Source: Hyphochytrium catenoides (lineage: Eukaryota; Protista; Hyphochytriomycota). Taken from it: 34,654 bases of DNA. Below are positions 10,821 through 23,175 of this stretch, one piece after another. The notes below the pieces were generated by a model, which had not been told where the DNA came from, searched no databases, and worked only from the letters and a program-made list of their open reading frames with translations. The position numbers and the translations under genes are program-made. Location of the stretch: NCBI GenBank assembly GCA_900088475.1, contig FLMG01004369.1, forward strand, positions 1-34,654. Direction: 5' to 3'. Within the stretch, counting starts at the first letter, position 1. Every line of letters begins with the position of its first letter.

Positions 10821-13753
10821 TTATAAGCAACATTCACAGGTTAAAGACATGATCCCTGTTAGACACAGAGGTTGAGGAGGAAGAGAGAGAGAGAGAGAGA
10901 TCTGGTGCAGGGTACCTTCCGCTGGCTTTGCCTTCTGTTCTAAGTCCTTCGTCTCTGCCGTCATCTTCATCAATGTATTGATGAGAAGTGTCTTCTCTTC
11001 TAAAAACTGCTCATCCTCTGCAGAGTGACGGACGATTGATTATCTCAGGCTTACAAGTGTCTTCTCCGTAGCACGCGTCCTCTCTGAATCTGCCCGTCAT
11101 TTCTCTTTCCATTCGTATAGCTCTCTCCAATAATCCTCTGTACGCCCTCATCTTTAGGCTCTTCTCCCTTCATCATCCCTGTCATACTCTCCGCCGCTCA
11201 CCTTTGTCTGTGTGGAAGTTCTGCAGATAGGCGATGAGTTTCTCTCTATTAGCAAGCAAGATCTGCCGGATATCATCGGGTTTTTTCGGGTTGGCCACAA
11301 AGACCTTGAAGACATGGAAGGCTTCAAACTGGATGTTGGCACTCTTGTCCCGCAGGAGATTCATCATCATCTTTAAGTTCGCCTTTATACTATGATATGA
11401 TGGACGTTGTTAACAGGAGGAAAGGGAACAAAGATGGCGAGAGACGGAGTCCCTGCGAGCTAGAAGACAGCAAGCGGAGAAGAGACAGAGGCTGACTTCT
11501 CTCTCACTGGTTATAGGCAAGCGGAGGAAGAATGGCCAATAGAGGGCAAGGGATACAGCTGTCATAAAGTGACAACGAAGGAAGAGAAGAGCTCTCGACC
11601 AACGTCTTTATAGAGAGACGGATCCCACTCTTCATCTCCATTCCCACCTGATGTAACGCATCATGACGTTGAAGTTTGAGCGATCCAGAAGGATCTCACC
11701 AAGGAGCTAGAAGACCAAGGAAAATGGCGCCCATCGTCAGACCAAAGCCGAGAAGAGCAAACAAGCAGCAAAAAGTTGCACACAGAGTCAGAATGGGAGG
11801 AAAAAAGAATCGCGCATCGGAAACTGCGATATGGGCTAGCTTAGTGTACCTTCAATGACTGCCGTCTGGTGACGTAGTTCTCGGACTGAAGAAGTGATTT
11901 GTATTTCTCGAAGACCTTGGCAACGAACAGAGTTAAAGGCCCGCCCAGCAGGGAGAGAGAGAGAGGGGGAGAGAGTGGACGTCAGCACGTCAGAGTATCT
12001 CTTGCTTAGCTAGTGAAAACCTTTGGTTGAGGTCCAAAGAAGCTCGGCGTCCCACGCATCAACTCTCCCTGTCACCTATCCTTAATGGTGCGTGCCTCGT
12101 ACGTCAAGCTCTGCATGCATCGCAGCTTCCTTACCTCATCGAAGTGCGTATCGAAAAACTCCGCTGTGCTGTTCTTATGCCGAGTGAGCAGGTCTTTCAG
12201 GGTGGTGAAGGCGTCCGCAGCCATATCGAAGTTCGGGAGATGAACGTATTTGTCGAAGAACTGGTGACAAAGAGAAAGAAGGCGTGAGCAATTTAGCAAG
12301 CGCAAGATACAGAGCGAAAGGAGGAAGTAGCGGGACACGGAGAACAGATATAGAAGGGCGGAACAGAGCTGGCCTGGAGGGGCAAGGGCGACAAGGAGGT
12401 GGATGGGTAGGCTTGGCATAGAGTCAGAAGCGTCACAGTGTACTTACTTTCCACAGGTTGGGAGAGAAGAGAATCTGTCTCGCTAACTGCTCGTGCCGGA
12501 TAGTCTAGAAAATAGTCTCGCCTTAGAAGGACGGACGAACACCTCCTTTCTGATCTAGGTCTCTCCCTCTCTCTCTGTCCCTCTGTCTCTGTCTCTCTCT
12601 GCTACTTTGCCTCCGCGACTCCAACGTTCGCCCTCCATTACTTTATGTTAAGGAGCCTTAGCTACCTGCATCTCTCACCTCTCGAACCATGGAACCACAG
12701 CTCAGGACGATGTCTGGGTTCTCATAGCCAGCAATTAGCTCGTCCATGATAGCAGGGTTTCGGGCTACGTACGTAGAGAAGTTTGCCAAGTCTCGACGCA
12801 TAACGTTGTTATAGATCTGCGCTACGTGCTTTCGAGCCTATGGAAATGAAGGGGAGAGAGAGATATCTTTACCGAACGAGGAAAGCATCCCACACAAAAT
12901 TCTCGGCCTAGCACTAGCAGTCCTGCTGCCTCCATCCTCAACCCTCTGCCTCGCGCTTCTTTGCAGGAATCACTTCTCTCTCTCTCTCTTCTCTCTTGCA
13001 CTATCTTGATCCAGTTCACACCCATTTGGATCTACAATGCCTGGCCCCAGAGCTATGTACCTCGAAGGATAAGCTGGGCATACTAGTCAGGAGCTTTACT
13101 ATCAAGTTCTCCTTAATCAAATGCTCTGACAACGTGGCGCATTTCTGTGGGCTGGATTCACTGTCCACCTGACAGGGACGGTGAAGTAGGAGGGCAGCTC
13201 AGTTTGACAAAATGCGGGACTAGGCATTTAAGGGGATAGAAAGCTAAATAATAGACAGGTGAGGCGGTGGTAAGGAGAGGAGAATAGAAAAGAGCAAGAG
13301 GGTGCGAAGAGAGGACAAGGCAGGATGCTAGCGGATGGAGGTGTGCAAACTAAGTTAAATGAGAACCGTCCAGGCAGCGACCTACCAAACATTCGTCCAT
13401 TCGAAGAGAAAGACAGACCAGAAGGACAAAGCCAAAGAAGAGAGAAGGAGTGAGAAAGGAAGAGAGAAATCAGGCGGGGAAGCCGGCAAGGTGTCAATCT
13501 ACCTCTCCGTAGAGCATCAACTTTATCTGATTTAGTCGCTTGGTAACTTCATCTTGGCTCTACGAGGTATAAGGAGTCAGCCGTCTTTCGTATACGTATT
13601 GATAGGGGAGGGCCAAGCAAAAAATCCGCGCAAAAGAGAGAGCTTCACCTGCTCCAAGGCCTGTTTCTGATCGCTCGTCAGCGGTGCGGCTAGGGCCTCC
13701 TTGAGCTGCTTCACCAGCTGCTCGGGCGTCTTCTTCCTCTTAAAGATACTCAT
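10821..13753 (-). CDS. CAB39: MO25/CAB39 (calcium-binding protein 39, Hym1) kinase scaffold; 11 exons if the last intron is spliced
   Basis: Spliced protein [21 protein letters not shown]...[17 protein letters not shown]...[20 protein letters not shown]...[35 protein letters not shown]...[30 protein letters not shown], which are hallmark MO25 motifs. All introns are GT-AG and phase-compatible. Confidence 0.96.
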
Positions 13754-14456
13754 TGCTGGCGTTCAGCAGAGCGAGAGACCGACGATGATGTAGAGAGAAG
13801 CCGCTGACTCCGCCGCAGCAGTGGGCTCTGCGCCCGTTTGTCTTTCTAGCGTCTGCACTACGCTTTCTTTCCTCTTCGGTGTGTTCACTTCTGTCTTCAG
13901 AGAGACTCCGAAGATGTAGGGCAAGCTGGCGATCTCCGAAGCCTTTGCCTCCGTTCTCTACGTAGTGTTTCCCCAGATGCGCTGTCTTCCCTGCTTCCCT
14001 TTGAAGACAGGAAGAGGCCAAGGAAGAAACAGCCAAAGGCATCAACGAAGAAGGAGAGAGAAAGAGTGAGAGAGAGCCATACGGATGAGAGTGGAAGAGA
14101 CGGAATAATCCAAAAAGCGAGCAGAGCAGAGATACAGCAAGAGATGAGAGAGAGCAGAGAGAAAGAGGAACGAGACAAGAGACAGTGGCGCTCTGTGTGG
14201 TGCGGCTGGCCGTTACCGCCTCAGGAAAACGACACGGGATCAGGATAGGCAATGATTCAGAATAAACACCGCAATGTTCATTATAAAACCCCATTCATAA
14301 CATCATATCCAAGAATTTATCATCCCATGGACCAGAAAAAGACCTGCTCCTATGTACGACCACCTACATGAATGTTAAGAATGTTCCCTTCTCATGGTAA
14401 ATCCTTGAGTTTGATGGGTGTAGCATCACCGTTACCGGCTACCATTCCGTCCAGCA

Positions 14457-14490
14457 CTTTCTCCTTGTAGAAGCTTTCTCCTTGTAGAAG
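14457..14490. repeat. Perfect 17-bp tandem duplication (CTTTCTCCTTGTAGAAG x2)
   Basis: Copies at 14457-14473 and 14474-14490. Confidence 0.95.
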
Positions 14491-14741
14491 CTCTGCCTCA
14501 TCGGCTCATCGGCCATCATCACAGGCAGAAGCTTCAAGAATTGAGCTGCGTAAAGAGGCACGAACAGCCAATGTGGAAGCTCCAAGGCTGTTGCTGCGCG
14601 CAGGATAGAGAAGACAGAGAACAAGGCGAGAGGAGCAGACCTTGAGATACTTGCTCTTGCCGTAGTATCTGAATAGACAAGCTGAAGTAAGTGCATAGGC
14701 GGCGGGTGCCAATATGCTGCCGGCTGCTTGGCGGTGAAAGA

Positions 14742-16780
14742 ATGAGTACCAGCCATCGCGACTTCCCAAGAAGAGGATCAGATAAGCGGACGGGCGCAGC
14801 AGGCTATGACGCTGTAGAATCGGACTCTCCGGCCGCGGCGATCGGGAATCCTGAGCTGCCCAAGCCCCCAAACCGTCCTCCATTCAGGAAGCCCGGATCT
14901 TCGAGAAAGAATCAGGTGTTCGGACCCTCTGCCAGTTCAGAGCCTTCGCCAGTTGTCATGTGTGATATTCCTCTATCACCTGCTAGGCGACCCATGGAGT
15001 TGACTGAAGCGCTTTCATTGGCAGAAAGGAAAGGGTACGTCTTGTCTGGCTGTACCTTACGAGAACTCTTCCAAGGGTCTCTCGACCTCTGCTCTGAACC
15101 ACTTCTTCTTCTCCGTCTAGTCAGAAGATGGAGATAATGAGCGAGTCTGAGAGAACGCAGGGTGAATCTTTCCTGGACCGTCATGCGACAATGCTGACCG
15201 CCTGCCTTGGTAACATTAGTACAGCGGTAAGACCGTGACTATCACTCTATTCTATAACCACTTGTCCAAGGCCGTGTGCTAACACTCTCTCCGTCCTATG
15301 GCACCCTCCAGTACAATCTGGTCATCATTGATTATGTGCTAAAGATGATGAATGAGGATTATCCCTCGTGGGGCGTGTCCTTCACCTCCCTCATCGCAGC
15401 TTGCTCCCTCGCTGGAGCTATTGTCGGCCAGCTCACATTTGGATATATTGGAGATGTGATGGGGAGAGAAAAGGTAACATAAGTCACCACGTTGAAGTTT
15501 CTGCTTCTGTTGCGGGTTCGATGCTAACTCTCCTAACCTCCGCTGTGCGCCCAAGCTATTCCTTAAGTGGCTGTGGCTTTCGATTTCTGACATTGTCTTC
15601 GGCTCCATTTCTCCAAAGAGTTTATTATGTTGTTGCTCTGTTCGGATGTATATCTCTCTGTCTGTCTCTCTGTCTCAGAATCTTACCGTGGTACTCCGAC
15701 CGACTATTACAGGGCATGATTCTCACCCTGGCACTGTCAGTCCTAGGTGCTGCTTTCAGCAGTGCTCTCACCTGGGGCAACCATGTCGTCTACTACGTTC
15801 TCGCTCTCTCTCGGTTCATCTTAGGGCTAGGCGTGGGCGGAGTGTATCCTCTCTCGGCCACTTCCGTTGCGGAGTCAACTCAGGGAGATAGTGGAAAGGC
15901 TTTCCGTGTGGCATTAGTATTCTCTTTCCAGGGCTGGGGTCAGCTGCTTGGGCCTGTTGCTGTAGCTGTGTGTGTGTCTCTATTCTCTACATCACAGTTT
16001 ACCTGGCGACTAGTGCTTATGCTAGGGGTCTTGCCTGGCACGTTCGTCCTCTACCGCTCTCTGCGTAGCAGAAGAAATTCACATGGTGTACCAGTAGGGT
16101 CTGGAGGTAGTCAACCCTCTTTCCTGTCTCTGCTGAGTAGAAGAGAGTACTGGGGAAAGCTTGCTGGGACAGCTGGGACGTGGTTTCTGTTCGACATTTG
16201 CTTTTATGGAAACATTATTTTTGCACCAACAGTTCTTAACGCTGTCTTCGACTTTAAGGACAGTGATGTGGGCACCACCGCCGCTTACTCAGCTCTATTA
16301 GCAGCCATTGCCCTACCTGGCTACTACTTCTCCGTCTGCTTTGCTGAGAAGCTTGGCAACAGAGTGATACAGCTTCAAGGCTTCGCTATGATGACAGTGA
16401 TCTTTGCCGCTATGGGCTGCTGGTATGAGGAGCTACAGCGACAGAAGGGCTTGCTTCTCCTTATATATGGACTCACCTTCTTCTTTTCCAATTTTGGACC
16501 CAATGCGACAACATTTGCACTACCAGCTGAGACCTATCCTCCAGAGGTCCGGGGTCGCTTCAATGGGATCTCAGCTGCCGCAGGAAAGCTTGGGGCCACC
16601 TTAGGGGCAGCCTTGTTCAAGCCTATCTTCGTGAGCTATGGGCCTGCAGTGGTATTGATCCTCTGTGGGGTTGTGTCTTTTCTAGGATGGCTTCTCACTT
16701 ATTTATTCGTGGCTGAGAAGGCAGAGCGACGTGACAGTAAGCCACCACCTTCAAACCAGCCAGGGGTGGTAGTTCTTTGA
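14742..16780 (+). CDS. MFS phosphate transporter, PHT1/PHO84 (PHS) family; exons 14742-15034, 15121-15226, 15312-15473, 15713-16780 (~542 aa; start codon uncertain, alternatives 14958, 14993, 15128)
   Basis: Motifs GQLTFGYIGDVMGR, RFILGLGVGGVYPLSAT, FSFQGWG, WFLFDICFYG, TFFFSNFGPNATTF, PAETYP, GISAAAGKLG, with multiple TM-like helices. Introns are GT-AG and phase-compatible. Confidence 0.92.
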
Positions 16781-17178
16781 AGGTTGTAGCTAGGCTAGAT
16801 GATCTGCCTTGGGGAGTAACCCTCTTCCGCCATTGCTCCAGGCTATAATCTCTTTCATTGACTATCCAATCCTGGAACTGTGTCGCCTTTCAAAGGCTCG
16901 AACGGTAGGCGCAGTGGACTCAGGAGGATGGATCACAACTTTTTTCTCTTTCACCCCCCATTTGCTAAGGTTTGAACCCCACTTTTTTTTGTTAAGCTAT
17001 GATAGCGGTCGATTATATCCCTGTTTAGTCGTAATGTGAGATAAAACGGGAAAGGACCCGGCTATTCAACAGTGAAAGAGGGAGCAGGACAACCTAGAAC
17101 TGTTCAAGAACGGATACAGAGAGGCGGAGTTGGTTGGAGGTTAGATGAAAGAGAGGTCTATTAATACTAAGAATCCTT

Positions 17179-18559
<1,381 letters not shown>

Positions 18560-20312
18560 GTTGATGGGACTGACTGCTACCATCTATGCTAGACGTGATG
18601 AGCACTAGTGATTGAGCACGAAGTAGGCTACGCCACACTGAGATGTGACGCCTAAGCCGGTCAACAAAGAAAACTCCAGCTACTTCGTGCACAAATGGCA
18701 GAGCAAGAATCTGCTACCACGTTATCCCCTCAAACGCGATCGTGCTTATCGCTCAAAACTCAAACGCAGAGAGGAAGAAAGAGACCGGCGACGGAGATGA
18801 GGGACAAACCTGGAGAGCAGATCAAACTCAAAGCCGCCCCGCTTCCTAGTTTCTCTGCGTCTTGATCTTCTGCTGTCTTCGCTGCGGCTTCCAGGCAACC
18901 CCCGCACCGCTCGCTTGAGGTACAAACGCCGTCCGTCCGCTGTGCTTGACGAGGGAACTGAAGGATAGGGCCTAGAACCTCAGAAGAGACTTGATAACAG
19001 AGAGAGGCGGGGGAAGAACTGTAGCCGAGATGGAAGCTCAGACAGAGGAAGAGTGTTGAGAAAAGCAAAGACAGAGGTGAATCAACTCGGCAGACAGAGT
19101 TAAGCAGGAGATATGGCACTTGTTAATCATCAAGATGGTGGAGTTTTGAGAGAGAGGGAGTGGCTAGAGATCTGGGGAAGTCGGAAGAAAGGGATGTAAG
19201 AAGAGGGAGAGAGAGAGGCAAATAGCGAAACAGAGAACCGATACATTCATAGGACAGTGGATCGAGACAGAGTTCCGCCGTCCAGTATAAATGCTAGCGA
19301 TAGCACTCGGAGAGAGACAATTTAAGGGACAAGAGATTTGGATACGCATCACCTCGATTTCCTACTACCATGTTAAAACTCATATTACTATTACTAATAC
19401 TAGTGCTATTATATAGCGCATGCATGAGATACTACTAGACTAAGGGAGGTATGATTACTGACGGACTTGACCACCAATATACACAAATTTGCTCCAAATG
19501 AGAGAGCACGAGGATGGGTAGGTAAATTAGACATTGTAGTCAAACTTTAAGTGAAAGCGTGAGTAGGAGTAATATGCCTGAACAAAAAAGGAGCCGGCTT
19601 CTCAGTCTCTCCATAAGGGTCGGCACGTTTAAAAAGCCTAGACAAACTCTATACGGGTACTCAAACAGGAGACAGCAGCGGAAGGTACATCAGAAAACTA
19701 TATCTCCGCTTGGCGGGTGGGCCAGACTATGCAAAGTTAAAGTAATTTGAGCTCGAGCATGGCTGGGTGGGAGCCATCCACACAAGACCTACACTAGACG
19801 TAGATAATTGAGGGTGGGTGAGCCCTTGTTATACCTAATTGAAGGTACAATAGTACACTAGCTGACAACAAAAATGGGCGGGTGGTGCTTTCTACAAGGA
19901 AGCTAAAAAAATTATTACTCCCGCTTGAATTATTAATGTAGGCTGACACTAACTACGGATTCAATGCCGTAGCGCAATAATAGGCGTTGGCGGTCCAAGA
20001 ACAGTCCTTTCATTCTGGAGAAAATTTTGAAATCTTATTCAACGGGTAACCATCGCTTTATCACTAATACAAGGCTCACCTGTTCCACAAAATCATGCCC
20101 AGGGGTTTCTTATCCCAAATCTGTTCTTCGCCCCACCACACTGAGATCAATTTTGGCGGGAAAAGAATGATAAGGGGTACGAGTCAGGGTACCAGTTCTG
20201 GAACACTTTTGTAAAAAAACAGACTCGCCCGATTCATGTCAGAAGCTCAGATGGCCTTCTCATGAAAGCGATGAGTCCGTACCTCCTTATTATGCTGTTC
20301 CTAGACCTCGTG

Positions 20313-21146
20313 TCAAGATCCTCCGTGGTCTGTTCTGCGCTCTCCAAGTGTACGAGTAGCCAATTTTCCAGAGGCGTAAAACTGCATTACCCACTGTGAA
20401 ACAGAGATACCCATACATTTGCAATTGCTGCAGTACCTGGCAGATGTATGTCTCCTCTTCGTCTTATCTGTTTGCTGCTCTTCTTGCTCATCAGCGATAT
20501 TGCCATCATCTTTAGCTTTCGTGCTTTGACCTTGTCTACTCCTCTTCCTCTTGTGTCTTTGTGCGCGGCCTCCCCTGTTCTGCGCCCTTCGTAGCCGATT
20601 AGAGAGGGAGTCCTCCTTGACCATTAGGCGAGACTCATTCTTCTCTTTCTCTTGTTCTATCTTCTTCCACTCTGACGCAAGTAGTAGAGTATGGGTGAGA
20701 AGTCTTGCTGGTGGTTGTTCAACCATCACTCTGTTGGCCCTTCGTTGTGGCATCGTTCTCCTTCTTTTACCCTTCTTGTTGGAGCCAAAAGGGTGAAGGT
20801 CATTATCGGATACAATAATCTGATATGATCTCCATCCTTGAAAATCTATCCCTTGCCTTTGCAGGCTTCTCTTATCCCTGTCACTGAATGCATCTAACGG
20901 TAAAGGGTCCACCCGAGGCTTAACCTGTCCGTACGATGATGCAGGACGAACGTTCTCTTTCATCTCAGATGGGTTTACCTTCTGCCTGTTGACGGGCCAG
21001 ATGCCAGCGCTTTCCCATGACTTTGCAGTGACATCCGGGCTGACTGCCTTCCTGAAAGCCTCGTAATAAACTCTCGCTCTCTGATCTCTTGGTAGAGATC
21101 TGCCTTTCGTCTCAATCAATCTTACGGTAGCAGCTACGATTGGCTT
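20313..21146 (-). mobile_element. 5'-truncated pogo/Fot1-like (Tc1-mariner superfamily, DDE_1-type) transposase relic, C-terminal portion only
   Basis: Intronless ORF with 'YYEAFRKAVSPDVTAKSWESAGIWPVNRQKV', resembling the AxxxxNIxSGFxxxGIxPxN segment that follows the DDE_1 core. It continues into a basic/charged linker and a CxxC (RYCSNCKC) like the C-terminal Zn knuckle of Fot1-type transposases. The frame is closed by a TGA at 21149-21147 and no catalytic core is visible. Confidence 0.6.
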
Positions 21147-21149
21147 TCA

Positions 21150-22440
21150 TTATTAGAAAGAGTGAATTATTTTCTTCATTAGAAAACCAAAGTAGTAGTA
21201 AGAAGCTAATAACCGCAAAAGGTCAAAAAGACAAGAAGCAGAAGAGGAAAGCAACAAGGAAGAGTCTTTTCGATAAACAACGCCATGAAAGCAACCACCC
21301 ACCAGAAGAAGAAAGATGATGATGGTGTTGACCACAGTGAGGACAACTCAACAAACATTTGCATTTATTTTTTGTTGTATTCATCTTCATCACGTTGTTG
21401 AGCCCTTCTTCTCCTTTCTTCACTACTCCCAATACTATCGTCCAAGGCTCCACCACTTCACCAATAGCGTCCATCTTTGTTAGATTTGGTCGCGCCAATG
21501 CTGCCGTGCTCTGCCGACAACAACATGCCACCACCATAATCACCATCATCAATTCTGAGTACCGACGCAGAAGGCATGAATTTCTGTATATTATAGGGAA
21601 GAAGGACATCTATAGCAGCAGCATGAACGATAATGATGGCTTGCTGCCTTTCCTCTTCGTTGTTGTTCTTTTGATTACAGCCGCTCCGAGTATTCCTATA
21701 AACAAGCAGAAGTGCTGTTAATAGCAACTCTATCTCTTTACAATATAAGTCCCGCCGATCCTAAGAGGCATGGTAGCAGGAAGCAGTCATTTTACCCGTG
21801 CTTCATCTTGCCGAGGCCACCAAGTGTGCCCTTGTTATTGCTTTCAGCCTTTTCTGAATCTCATTTCGGTCACCAGCAGCAGCATGCAGCCCCTTTCCCG
21901 ATAGGATAGCTACAGTTCTCTACTACTTACTGCTGCTGCTCGACACGTCGTGATGCCCAGGTAGCTCCATCATCGCCTTCAACAAGCGTTGCTATGGCAA
22001 GTAAATACCTGTCCTCTCTTCTTCTTTGCGTTCGAGTAGTAGTAAGTAGGCCATATTGAGGGCTCCCCGGTTGCTCTAGTAGTGAAGAAAGGAAAGTAGT
22101 AGTAAAACCACAAGAAAGAAGAACACGAGGGAAACCTAAACTATTCCAAAGCTAGCGCACCACGTACTTGCACTTAGCAACAAGGGAAAACGGAAGAAAA
22201 ATTTATTATGTCCTGTCATCAACAACAAGGGAAAAGAAGAAGAAGAACCAGTGACTACTACCACCATATGCATATAATATTACTCCATAACAAATAGAGG
22301 AAAGGGGAAAGAACGAAGCTGCGGAGATCGGATCCATCACAGAGACAGCAGGAAGGCGGTTAGGCTCATCACTTATCATCATCATAATCAAGCGAAGCAG
22401 GAGAAGAACAAGAAGGAACAACGAAAAAGAGTAAGCCCTA
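21150..22440. repeat. Low-complexity block rich in degenerate trinucleotide runs (GAA, AGT, CAT, CAG, AAC)
   Basis: Runs such as agtagtagt, gaagaagaa, catcatcat, cagcagcag and gatgatgat throughout. It lacks the CT/GA dinucleotide character of the host introns and abuts the truncation point of the transposase. Confidence 0.55.
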
Positions 22441-23039
22441 CCTTACCTTTTATTAGATATAAATAAAAGAAGTTCAATACGGATCAAAAGCCCCGAACGA
22501 CGCTGTGCATGGCTGTTCGGCCCGATCAGATGGTCGTACATTGTGTCAATAGGCATCAGCCGGAGTCTTATGCCCAAACTAAAACTATACTCTCCAGTAT
22601 CGCTGTCTTCTCTACTCCGCTAACTCTACATTGAGGTTTCCACTGTATTCTACAAGGGACTGACCACATTGACGTGACGAAGCCGCCGTGAACCTTAATC
22701 AGCGATTGGCGTGCCAGTTCGCAATAAGAATGATTAAATGGGCATTATTCCATACAGCCAAGTGGATATGTCGGTTATGAGATCCACAAGGGACACCGCC
22801 CCCACCCTGGACAAATCCTCACTAACCTCACAGTATAGTATGGAAAGATTACTATTTTGCAACCTTAACCGTAGGTTAGTCGGGAACTAACCTTCAAAAT
22901 TTCATTTATTTGGAAGCTTTCCTTTGAGGGGTGACAGTATCCTTCGGTCACCCTAGGGGAATATCTAATACCTTCCCTTCTAGAGGTTGAAGTCCTGGGA
23001 AATGATGCATGGCCTCATTGACCATCTAAAAGATGACCT

Positions 23040-23126
23040 GTCTCTTTCTCTCCTCCCCCTCACTTTTCTCTCTATCCTCTTTCTTTCTCTCTCCCTGTCT
23101 CTCTCTCTATATTCTCTTTCTTTCTT

Positions 23127-23164
<38 letters not shown>

Positions 23165-23175
23165 TTCCTCTCCTT
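23040..23175. repeat. (CT)n-rich tract upstream of the thiolase
   Basis: Direct CT runs. Confidence 0.9.

Noticed and set aside
18760-19119. 119-aa minus-strand ORF upstream of UBE2T
   Set aside because: Non-ATG start, pyrimidine-biased low complexity and no recognisable domain. Probably leader or promoter sequence.
20151-20164. TTTTGGCGGGAAAA E2F-like site (similar TGGCGGGAAA at ~33791)
   Set aside because: It lies 1.6 kb from the UBE2T start inside probable transposon-derived DNA, and the second copy is intronic. A single short motif is not sufficient evidence.
21153-21909. Several hydrophobic short ORFs in the trinucleotide-rich block
   Set aside because: Their composition is explained by degenerate triplet repeats, and they overlap on both strands with no consistent splice model.
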